DNA of 28,452 bases from a virus (taxonomy: Duplodnaviria; Caudoviricetes): IMG/VR virus record IMGVR_UViG_3300036985_000288, positions 1 through 28,452 of that record; one strand, written 5' to 3'. The notes under the pieces are model-generated. The model made no database searches and was not told the origin of the DNA. It saw nothing but the letters and a program-made list of their open reading frames with translations. Positions 1 through 6,907 of the stretch are shown here, piece by piece (within the stretch, counting starts at the first letter, position 1; every line of letters starts with the position of its first letter). The translations under genes and the position numbers were made by a program.

Positions 1-127
1 ATGGGGCAATCAATTTATTGGCTGAAACACCCGATTTGGCATTGCCGCATCCCGCGATTCCTTCCGTAATTGTCACCATCAATCAATTGTAAAAATGTGT
101 AATTGCATACAAATCACATATCAATTC
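1..127. repeat. 127-bp terminal direct repeat (copy 1); circular-assembly overlap
   Basis: 1-127 is identical to 28326-28452. It lies inside coding sequence, and 127 is a common assembler k-mer size. Confidence 0.95.
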
Positions 128-1552
128 GATGCCGAAGGATTGACACAAACAATCGATGTTGATGCGGTTGGAACATACAACGGATACAATTATTTTATTT
201 GGGTTATTGATGCGGTCACTTATACGATGTGGCACGATCCGTTCGACAATTGGTACGTCACAACGGATGGATTGGGCGGAACGGCATTCGTTGCACAATA
301 CAAATCAACATACACCCAATGTCCGATTGCATCAATTCCTACCTGGATCGTTGGTGAATCATTTACAACATTCACAACGGAATTGTGTCCCCCAATCGAA
401 TTGAATTGTGATTGTGGAATAAAAGTCACTTTGAACAATCCGCGTGAAAATATTTGGAATGTCACCGCATTGGGATTGATAAATGGTCGCGCGTATTATG
501 AGTTTATTTTTATTGCAACGGTTTACGAATTCCGTTTGTTTTGGGATACAACGCAATGGGTGATTGTGAACATGATTGATTCGGTTATATTTTGGACGTT
601 GGATTACAACGCAACATGTCCAATTGGAACGGATTGGGTGAATCAAATCGACAATGATTTCACGGCATTGACTGAAAGTGTTAATTGTGGATGTGTTCCC
701 AACGAGGAACGAACCGCGTTTGAATTCCAATCAATCAAATTTCCGCCAATTTTCATTGAACAAAAACGCGGATTAAAAGATTGTTGTTGTGAACAAATCG
801 TATTGGCGGGGGGCGGAACGGAATCATGGAAAAATGACAAATCATCCGCATGGATAAAATTGTCATCGATTGATGATTCGGCATCATTTAGATTATTCAA
901 ATGCGGTATTGGAACAACATACGCACCAACACCAATTCCATTTGTAAATGAACCAAACGCGTATTATACAACAATCAATTGGGCGGATGTTTTGGTTTCC
1001 GATGGTGTTGGAAATTACGAATTGGTTGTGACGTTTAACATTGCGGGGGTTGCGGGACAATTCACATGGGCGGAATACAATTTGCAACAATACACAATCC
1101 AGAACGCATTGACAACGGCGCGTGTTCGCGCGATATTCAACGGATATCACGAAATCGAGGGCATTGATTTCACGGGTTCAAATGTGGAATCAACACATCG
1201 TTTCCATGGGTTCATTGGAAATCGTCAACCGAACACCGAAATCGACAATATCATTTACAACAACCGCGAAATGAAACGCGTTATTCGTGAAAATCTGAAT
1301 GATTACGAAATCACGACCGATCCAGAGGACGAATGCATCATCAAACCATTGGTTGATTTGTACCTTTTGAGCGAAAATGAATTGTTCATTTCAGATTACA
1401 ATGCACACAATCATTCATATCGATACCTGGATATTGCGGTAATTGTAAGCGAATCACCATCAATTGAATACAAACAATTTTCACGAAAAGCGGTGTTGAC
1501 ATGCAAGGTCGCGGATAAATTAAAGAATCAAAGAACATATTTTAACGGATAA
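95..1552 (+). CDS. Putative virion structural (tail-tip) protein with two N-terminal Cys-bounded repeat modules
   Basis: 485-aa ORF that follows the tail genes across the circular junction. Two similar ~100-aa modules (CNCIQIT..GTYNGYNYF..CPI..W and CDCGIKVT..GLINGRAYY..CPI..W). Confidence 0.6.
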   Translation: MCNCIQITYQFDAEGLTQTIDVDAVGTYNGYNYFIWVIDAVTYTMWHDPFDNWYVTTDGLGGTAFVAQYKSTYTQCPIASIPTWIVGESFTTFTTELCPPIELNCDCGIKVTLNNPRENIWNVTALGLINGRAYYEFIFIATVYEFRLFWDTTQWVIVNMIDSVIFWTLDYNATCPIGTDWVNQIDNDFTALTESVNCGCVPNEERTAFEFQSIKFPPIFIEQKRGLKDCCCEQIVLAGGGTESWKNDKSSAWIKLSSIDDSASFRLFKCGIGTTYAPTPIPFVNEPNAYYTTINWADVLVSDGVGNYELVVTFNIAGVAGQFTWAEYNLQQYTIQNALTTARVRAIFNGYHEIEGIDFTGSNVESTHRFHGFIGNRQPNTEIDNIIYNNREMKRVIRENLNDYEITTDPEDECIIKPLVDLYLLSENELFISDYNAHNHSYRYLDIAVIVSESPSIEYKQFSRKAVLTCKVADKLKNQRTYFNG

Positions 1553-1563
1553 AACAAAGAAAA

Positions 1564-1827
1564 ATGGGAACGAATTTAATACAAGTTATAGGGAATTATT
1601 TGACGATTCAAGCGGGACGCGACACGACCGAATTTCAATTGAAAAATGTATTTTTTCGTACGGAAAACGGCGCATTTATCATTCGTGACGTGACGTATCG
1701 TTTAACTATTCCATTTGATGAGGTTGGGAATTATTGGGACGGAAAAGATACATTCACCACGGCATCATTGACAACATTTTTATGTGTCAACACGGGTTCA
1801 TTGGGGTTGCCATTTCAACAAGCATAA
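1564..1827 (+). CDS. Hypothetical protein (end of structural module)
   Basis: 87-aa ORF with an A-rich leader and ATG start, tightly packed with neighbours. Confidence 0.65.
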   Translation: MGTNLIQVIGNYLTIQAGRDTTEFQLKNVFFRTENGAFIIRDVTYRLTIPFDEVGNYWDGKDTFTTASLTTFLCVNTGSLGLPFQQA

Positions 1828-1831
1828 TTGA

Positions 1832-1839
1832 TAAATTTG
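1832..1839 (+). promoter_or_regulatory. Bacteroidota-type -7 promoter box (TAAATTTG) before the lysis cassette
   Basis: Matches the TAnnTTTG consensus; intergenic, 16 nt upstream of the holin ATG. Confidence 0.5.
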
Positions 1840-1855
1840 TATAAAAACGTAAAGG

Positions 1856-2176
1856 ATGAAATTTTTAAACGAATTCGGTGATTTGTTGTCAATGGCGGTC
1901 GGGATGGTCGGGGCATTGCTTAAAGGATTGAAATCACGATTGCATTTCACATCGGTGATTTTGGGAATGATGATTGCGGGTATTTTGACATTTTCAATTA
2001 TCGGTGTCATCGAACAATTTTATTCTACATTGTCCCCGAAATTTATTATTCTGATTTCGTTTTGTGTGGGTTGGGTTGCCAATGAAATCACATCCAAATT
2101 GGATTCCATGGTGAATGATATTTATAATATCTTTATTGATTGGGTAAAAGCAAAATTAAAATCAAAATCAAAATGA
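1856..2176 (+). CDS. Putative holin
   Basis: 106 aa with about three hydrophobic segments and a highly basic C-terminus (KAKLKSKSK); lies upstream of the lysin candidate. Confidence 0.7.
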   Translation: MKFLNEFGDLLSMAVGMVGALLKGLKSRLHFTSVILGMMIAGILTFSIIGVIEQFYSTLSPKFIILISFCVGWVANEITSKLDSMVNDIYNIFIDWVKAKLKSKSK

Positions 2177-2466
2177 AAAAAATCATTGCAATTTTGTTGT
2201 TTGTTGCATGGACTGAATGCATAAACGCAAAACCATTGGTGACGATTACAATTGACACATCTGTCATTCAATCGCAACCATTGGTCATTGATGGTCACAT
2301 GGTCATTGTTGACACAATCATCATTGAAAAGGTCATTGAAAAAACATTCCCAAAAGCAACACCGGATCAACGCGGTGATTACGGGAAAATCGCGGCAGCA
2401 TTCTTTTCGTTTATTTTTGTAATCATGTCCATCATTTGGGGCAAAAAGAAATCAAAAAATGGTTAA
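2173..2466 (+). CDS. Membrane/secreted lysis-cassette protein (possible unimolecular-spanin-like architecture)
   Basis: ATG 2173 overlaps the holin stop (ATGA). Signal-like N-terminus MKKIIAILLFVAWTEC, beta-rich middle, C-terminal TM helix and basic tail. Confidence 0.5.
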   Translation: MKKIIAILLFVAWTECINAKPLVTITIDTSVIQSQPLVIDGHMVIVDTIIIEKVIEKTFPKATPDQRGDYGKIAAAFFSFIFVIMSIIWGKKKSKNG

Positions 2467-3031
2467 AAATTACACGGATAAACAATTGTTGACAAAGGTC
2501 AAATCGTTGTCATCCTTCAAATCAATTCCATCGGGATATTGGATTTTGGGTGTTCAATCAATCCTGGATCAATTCAATACGTTTGACGATAAATTTTATT
2601 TGTTCCATGGTGAACAATTTGTGATGGTGACAACGGGAACAACCAACGCGGGAAAAAACGGGATGATGCAATACGAATCACAAAATCCCGAAGGTGTTGC
2701 CGTCATAAAAACCAACGAATGGTATTATGATGTTTGGCGGTACGGATTGCACAAGGGCAAAATGAGGGCATTAAAGCAAGTTAGAACGTTTTTAATTAGC
2801 CGTGACGGGGATAAAGATGACCGCATCGAGGAAAATGCGTCAAAAGCCGTTATTTGCGGAATCAATTTCCATGCGAACACCTACAATTTAGCGAACCAGG
2901 ATATCAAATCCATCATCGGCGCATGGTCATTAGGTTGTCAAGTTGTGAATGATACACCGAAATATGTTCAATTCATGGATTATTTGCAACCACAAAAGGA
3001 TGTGACGTATTGTTTGATAAAAGAATTTTAG
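2459..3031 (+). CDS. Putative endolysin of L,D-transpeptidase (YkuD-like) fold
   Basis: GINFH...AWSLGCQV resembles the H...SxGC catalytic motif of YkuD-family enzymes; last gene of the holin cassette. Confidence 0.6.
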   Translation: MVKNYTDKQLLTKVKSLSSFKSIPSGYWILGVQSILDQFNTFDDKFYLFHGEQFVMVTTGTTNAGKNGMMQYESQNPEGVAVIKTNEWYYDVWRYGLHKGKMRALKQVRTFLISRDGDKDDRIEENASKAVICGINFHANTYNLANQDIKSIIGAWSLGCQVVNDTPKYVQFMDYLQPQKDVTYCLIKEF

Positions 3032-3043
3032 TACATTTACAAA

Positions 3044-3127
3044 CGCACAAGTTTAGTTTATTAGGTATTTTTTCTTTTCATGTAGAAAATTTAGGTCACA
3101 AGAATCCCCGTATCCACGGGGGTTTTT
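3044..3127 (+). ncRNA. Candidate small antisense RNA
   Basis: Lies between a promoter-like TACATTTA (3032-3039) and a terminator. 3070-3083 is perfectly complementary to 7951-7964, which spans a start codon. Boundaries are inferred. Confidence 0.4.
3101..3127 (+). terminator. Rho-independent terminator after the lysis cassette
   Basis: AGAATCCCCGT-ATCC-ACGGGGGTTTTT hairpin with T-run. Confidence 0.8.
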
Positions 3128-3183
3128 GCGTTTATACAATCTTTTTTCAATCTTTTTTCACTTTTTTTTCTTGATAAGTGTTG

Positions 3184-3210
3184 TATATTGATTTTATGTT
3201 TTTATATTTG
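3184..3210 (+). promoter_or_regulatory. Putative early promoter 1 (-7 box TATATTTG at 3203-3210)
   Basis: TAnnTTTG match; near-identical copy at 7754-7779; phased T-tracts upstream (3142-3169). Confidence 0.7.
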
Positions 3211-3247
3211 TGAACCCAATGACGGGAAAAAACCTAAAAACAAAAAC

Positions 3248-3556
3248 ATGAAAGCAACACAAAACACCGAATTTAAAATTGAATCAAAAGAATTGTATAT
3301 TTCACCAATGCGCGAACGTAATTTGGAAAAATACGGAATGGAATCAGACCAATGCGAATGTTGTGGGAAATTGATGGCGGACGATGAAAGTTTATATGTA
3401 CACATGGGTGTAGATTGGATGGCATACAATATTTTTGAAAGCGAAATAATTGATGGACGTGATTTCATTAAAGGAACAAAAATTGAATCGCAAGGATGTT
3501 TCCGCATTGGCAATTCATGTGCAAAAAAAATGAAAGGATTCACATTTTCAATGTAA
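3248..3556 (+). CDS. Early hypothetical protein, probable Zn-binding (CECC...GCFRIGNSC)
   Basis: ATG 3248 after an A-rich leader. The TTG start at 3188 in the ORF track lies inside the promoter. Confidence 0.7.
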   Translation: MKATQNTEFKIESKELYISPMRERNLEKYGMESDQCECCGKLMADDESLYVHMGVDWMAYNIFESEIIDGRDFIKGTKIESQGCFRIGNSCAKKMKGFTFSM

Positions 3557-3567
3557 AAATACACAAC

Positions 3568-3591
3568 GGGGGGTGCGCATCCACAACGCAC
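3568..3591 (+). promoter_or_regulatory. Compact GC-rich RNA element (possible H-type pseudoknot)
   Basis: GGGGGGTGCGCATCCACAACGCAC: GTGCG/CGCAC and GGG/TCC pairings inside an AT-rich spacer. Confidence 0.35.
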
Positions 3592-3612
3592 ATTTACAAA
3601 ACATCAAATCAC

Positions 3613-3729
3613 ATGAAAAATTTTATCAACCAATTCATCCCGCGTGATCCAGAACAAATGGAATCCTTCATTGGAATGTTGTGCGGCATCGCAATCCTTG
3701 CAATCGTATTTTATTTTTATTCAATTTAA
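3613..3729 (+). CDS. Small single-TM membrane protein (38 aa)
   Basis: MKNFINQF...FIGMLCGIAILAIVFYFYSI, preceded by the leader CAAAACATCAAATCAC. Confidence 0.6.
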   Translation: MKNFINQFIPRDPEQMESFIGMLCGIAILAIVFYFYSI

Positions 3730-3743
3730 CAAATCAAAACATC

Positions 3744-4010
3744 ATGAACACACCAACACCAGAACAAAAGGAAAAATTTGCATTGCATCAATCGTTGATT
3801 GGATACCATGTCACATTGAATGCATACAAAGCAAATGATGTAATTGAAATCATGAACGCGATGTCAAGCATGTTGATATCAATTGACCATATGGAAAATC
3901 AAATGTTGAAACATGGTTCAAAGCATATTGGCACACCCGAATATCATTCAACGCGAACCGTCATTGATTCATTCAAAATGGACATCATCAAAAAAATCAC
4001 GCAATTATGA
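3744..4010 (+). CDS. Early hypothetical protein
   Basis: ATG 3744 after the TCAAAACATC leader, in frame with track ORF 3681-4010. Confidence 0.65.
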   Translation: MNTPTPEQKEKFALHQSLIGYHVTLNAYKANDVIEIMNAMSSMLISIDHMENQMLKHGSKHIGTPEYHSTRTVIDSFKMDIIKKITQL

Positions 4011-4168
4011 CACAATCAATCAAATGCGCTGAATGCCATGGAACGGGCATCATCGAAGGATACACGAATGATGGGGATTATTCAATCCCCTTCCGTGACG
4101 AATGCATCGAATGCGATGGAAATGGAACAATTGAAACCGAAATTGATGATGACGATGATGACATTTGA
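4007..4168 (+). CDS. 53-aa DnaJ-type zinc-finger mini-protein with acidic tail (not in ORF track)
   Basis: Manual translation: MTQSIKCAECHGTGIIEGYTNDGDYSIPFRDECIECDGNGTIETEIDDDDDDI. Two CxxCxGxG motifs; ATGA overlap with the upstream stop. Confidence 0.8.
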   Translation: MTQSIKCAECHGTGIIEGYTNDGDYSIPFRDECIECDGNGTIETEIDDDDDDI

Positions 4169-4307
4169 AATCCGTTTTTTTAACGTATGCCCCAAAACAT
4201 TCAAACGAAAATTGGAAACGATCCAGGTTCATGCATACGACCAACAACACGCGGTTCGCATTGTTGACCGCCATCATTCACTTATCAAATCAATTCGAAG
4301 GATATGA
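4155..4307 (+). CDS. Small hypothetical protein
   Basis: 3' part of track ORF 4038-4307 (MMTFEIRFF...). Start is 4155 or 4158, since the upstream part is occupied by the Zn-finger gene. Confidence 0.55.
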   Translation: MMTFEIRFFNVCPKTFKRKLETIQVHAYDQQHAVRIVDRHHSLIKSIRRI

Positions 4308-4501
4308 ACGAACAAACCAAAACACACATTGAACATGCGAATGAAATCAAACAATGGAAACGATCGGTTGATGTTCGCGACCGTTCCATTGTCATTTTAC
4401 ACAATACAATCGATAAAGAACGCAAACGAATTAAAGCATATCAACGCGAGGTTGAAAAATTAAAAGACCAAATCATCAAATTAACATCACCAAATTATTG
4501 A
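4304..4501 (+). CDS. Small coiled-coil hypothetical protein
   Basis: 65 aa, ATGA-coupled, charged helical C-terminus. Confidence 0.6.
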   Translation: MNEQTKTHIEHANEIKQWKRSVDVRDRSIVILHNTIDKERKRIKAYQREVEKLKDQIIKLTSPNY

Positions 4502-4503
4502 AC

Positions 4504-4665
4504 ATGAAATCAAAACGAACAATCAAACAACCAGGGCAACAAACCAATATCATCAAACCACAATTTGCGCATGGAATCACACACGCGGATCGCAAAAAAT
4601 GGTGGAACAATTACGATGCATTATTGGTGAATAGAATCAGCGAAATAAAAAAGGCAACATCATGA
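4504..4665 (+). CDS. 53-aa basic hypothetical protein (not in ORF track)
   Basis: Manual translation MKSKRTIKQPGQQTNIIKPQ...RISEIKKATS. Fills the gap exactly, with an ATGA overlap to the next gene. Confidence 0.55.
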   Translation: MKSKRTIKQPGQQTNIIKPQFAHGITHADRKKWWNNYDALLVNRISEIKKATS

Positions 4666-5042
4666 TGACACCAGAATCAAACAATTTCATGTCAAATGTT
4701 TATGACATCATCGAAAAATACAAATTGACACGGCGCGACCGCCATCAAGCAATTATTTACAAACGATATTATTTGTATCATCAATTGCACATGGCGAAAT
4801 TATCATTGTCACATATTGGATTGTTGTTCAACAAAGACCATGCAACGGTTATTCACGGGATAAAAATGCATAAGCAATTCACGAAATCAAAGGATGCGAT
4901 TTATTTGCATCATGTTCAACCCGTGATTGATGACCTGGATCACAAACCACAACCACGATTTTTGATTGATGACATCATGAATTGCGAATCGATGGATGAA
5001 TTGTTGATAATAAAAACCAACATAAAAAGGAATATTTATTAA
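4662..5042 (+). CDS. DnaA C-terminal (domain IV)-like HTH DNA-binding protein
   Basis: LSLSHIGLLFNKDHATVIHG resembles the DnaA domain IV signature (SLxxIG..F.RDHTTVxH). Confidence 0.75.
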   Translation: MMTPESNNFMSNVYDIIEKYKLTRRDRHQAIIYKRYYLYHQLHMAKLSLSHIGLLFNKDHATVIHGIKMHKQFTKSKDAIYLHHVQPVIDDLDHKPQPRFLIDDIMNCESMDELLIIKTNIKRNIY

Positions 5043-5049
5043 ATTAGCG

Positions 5050-5141
5050 GTGTTCGGTCTCACAATATGAACACATGGCATTATTGCCCCTTTATTTGAA
5101 TTGCAACGTGAGACCTGCAATGATAATGAAGGGGTTTTTTT
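5050..5141 (+). ncRNA. Candidate cis-regulatory RNA: two hairpins with complementary loops plus terminator U-tract
   Basis: Stem 1 GTGTTC/GAACAC with loop GGTCTCAC; stem 2 with loop GTGAGACC; T7 at 5135-5141. Confidence 0.6.
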
Positions 5142-5160
5142 ATGCACTAAAATCAAACAA

Positions 5161-5913
5161 ATGGCAACCAATAAAAAATCATTTTTGCTTTATGTGGATT
5201 TGATTCACACAATCGAAAAATTGCCCGATGAATACGCGGGGAAATTATTTAAACACCTTTTGGAATACGTCAACGACCGCGATCCGGTCACGGATGACAT
5301 CGTTGTCAACATTGCATTTGAACCAATCAAACAATCATTGAAAAGGGATTTGGTGCGATGGGATGAAACCAGAGAAAAGCGAAGCAAGGCGGGAAAAATG
5401 AGCGCGGAAAAACGCAACAAAAGTGAACACATGTCAACACATGTTGAAAATATTGAACACATGTTAACACATGTTGATTTTGTTGAACACAATTCAACAC
5501 AAGTCAACACACGTCAACACACGTCAACAAATCCAACTGATAATGTAAATGTTAATGTAAGTGTAATAAATAATAATATAGATGATGTCGATGTCAAGAC
5601 AATCGACCATATCGATTTTGATTCTTTATTGAAATTGATAAACGACACATTCAAACGAAATTTCCGCACAATCAATTCAAAGAACCGAACCGCGTTCATG
5701 GCGCGATTGAAACAAGGATATCGAAAGGATGACATTGCGACCGCCATCACCAATTGCAAATCGAACGAATATCATGTGAACACGGCATATCGATATTGCA
5801 CACCCGAATTCTTTTCACGGGCGGATGTGTTGGATAAATATTCAGCGGTGACGGTTCCCGACAAAAACACGAACAAACCAAATGCTAAAAATGTCCCATG
5901 TTGGAATCGTTAA
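5161..5913 (+). CDS. Phage replication initiator / replisome organizer (DUF6291-like N-terminus)
   Basis: MATNKKSFLLYVD...AGKLFK N-terminus, central low-complexity iteron region, C-terminal domain with YCTPEFF; directly upstream of the helicase. Confidence 0.75.
   Translation: MATNKKSFLLYVDLIHTIEKLPDEYAGKLFKHLLEYVNDRDPVTDDIVVNIAFEPIKQSLKRDLVRWDETREKRSKAGKMSAEKRNKSEHMSTHVENIEHMLTHVDFVEHNSTQVNTRQHTSTNPTDNVNVNVSVINNNIDDVDVKTIDHIDFDSLLKLINDTFKRNFRTINSKNRTAFMARLKQGYRKDDIATAITNCKSNEYHVNTAYRYCTPEFFSRADVLDKYSAVTVPDKNTNKPNAKNVPCWNR
5424..5580. repeat. Putative replication origin: 10-bp-period AACAC iterons plus AT-rich tract inside the initiator gene
   Basis: AACAC at 5426, 5436, 5456, 5466, 5486, 5496, 5506 and 5516; AT-rich 5541-5580. 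Same layout as lambda ori inside gene O. Confidence 0.7.
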
Positions 5914-6896
5914 AAGGGTTCAAAGTTACATCCGCATCGGATGTGTTGAACAAATTGCAATCGTATCGAACAACGTATCATGACAAAGGGAAATATTTGG
6001 GATTTCCTTCCATTAACAACCATTATTCGATGCAATTGGGGAACGTCACGGATTGGACGGGATATCCAATATCGGGAAAAACACAATTTTTGATGGAAAT
6101 GTTGATGAACACATCGGTGATGTACGGATGGCGGCATTTGATATATTTTCCCGATGTTGGTTCAAATGTGGAAATCATTGCGGATTTGATTCACAAAAAA
6201 ACGGGCAAATCATTTGATCCAGGTTCACCGAACCATATCAGCGAAAAGGAAATATTTTCCACATTGGATTGGATTACGCACCATTTTTTGGTATTGACCA
6301 AACATGATGTAAAAGCAAAAATGACACCCATGGATTTTTGGGACATGGCGGTCAAAATCAAAAACGATTCTGGATTGGAAACCGCATCCATTGATTCATG
6401 GAAGGATTTGAATCATCCGTATAATGAACATGGGGGATATGCACAATATTTGGAAATGGTGTTGCCGTATCGAAATGCCATTGCGGAAAATAACGACCTA
6501 CATTTGCACACCATCATTCACCCGAAATTGACCGAAAAGGAAAATGGCAAAAGGAAACCGCCCGTTCCGTATGATTTGAAAGGGGGTTCGGAATGGTTCA
6601 ATTCTGGAAAATGTATGATTACAATTGACCGCCCCGATTTCGAAACCAATGAGGTTGATATTTATTTCAACAAAATCAAACCGCGTTCCATCGGAAACAT
6701 CGGTCAAATTACGATGCGATACGATGTTGATGCGGGACGATATTACGAATCAAACGACATCCATGGAATTGAACATCGTCATTATGCGGGTGAACAAACC
6801 GAACCAACAACAACAATCAATTTGTATGGTGGCAATTCATGGAAGGGAAAAACGGATGATGATGAATTCACACCAATCAATGACGTACCATTTTAA
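5898..6896 (+). CDS. SF4 (DnaB/T7 gp4/Twinkle-like) replicative helicase, no primase domain
   Basis: Walker A GYPISGKT, Walker B-like ASIDSW, IIHP.K and YDLKGGSEW motifs; acidic C-tail ending DVPF. Confidence 0.8.
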   Translation: MLESLKGFKVTSASDVLNKLQSYRTTYHDKGKYLGFPSINNHYSMQLGNVTDWTGYPISGKTQFLMEMLMNTSVMYGWRHLIYFPDVGSNVEIIADLIHKKTGKSFDPGSPNHISEKEIFSTLDWITHHFLVLTKHDVKAKMTPMDFWDMAVKIKNDSGLETASIDSWKDLNHPYNEHGGYAQYLEMVLPYRNAIAENNDLHLHTIIHPKLTEKENGKRKPPVPYDLKGGSEWFNSGKCMITIDRPDFETNEVDIYFNKIKPRSIGNIGQITMRYDVDAGRYYESNDIHGIEHRHYAGEQTEPTTTINLYGGNSWKGKTDDDEFTPINDVPF

Positions 6897-6907
6897 TCCT
6901 GGATCAC

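Noticed and set aside
1-127. Terminal repeat as a biological direct terminal repeat
   Set aside because: It is exactly 127 bp and cuts through coding sequence, which is typical of assembler k-mer overlap on a circular contig.
3061-3081. Minus-strand micro-ORF MKRKNT
   Set aside because: Only six codons, with no supporting minus-strand promoter seen. Treated instead as the antisense face of the candidate sRNA, though it cannot be fully excluded.
3032-3247. tRNA gene or attP site in the largest intergenic region
   Set aside because: No cloverleaf or T-loop motif seen, and there is no integrase in the genome.
4038-4154. N-terminal part of track ORF 4038-4307
   Set aside because: The region is better explained by the out-of-frame zinc-finger gene 4007-4168.
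5101-5160. TTG-start extension of the initiator
   Set aside because: It lies within the hairpin/terminator element; ATG 5161 has a typical A-rich leader.
5424-5530. CRISPR-like array
   Set aside because: Repeats are 10-bp units without unique spacers, lie inside an ORF, and no cas genes are present.
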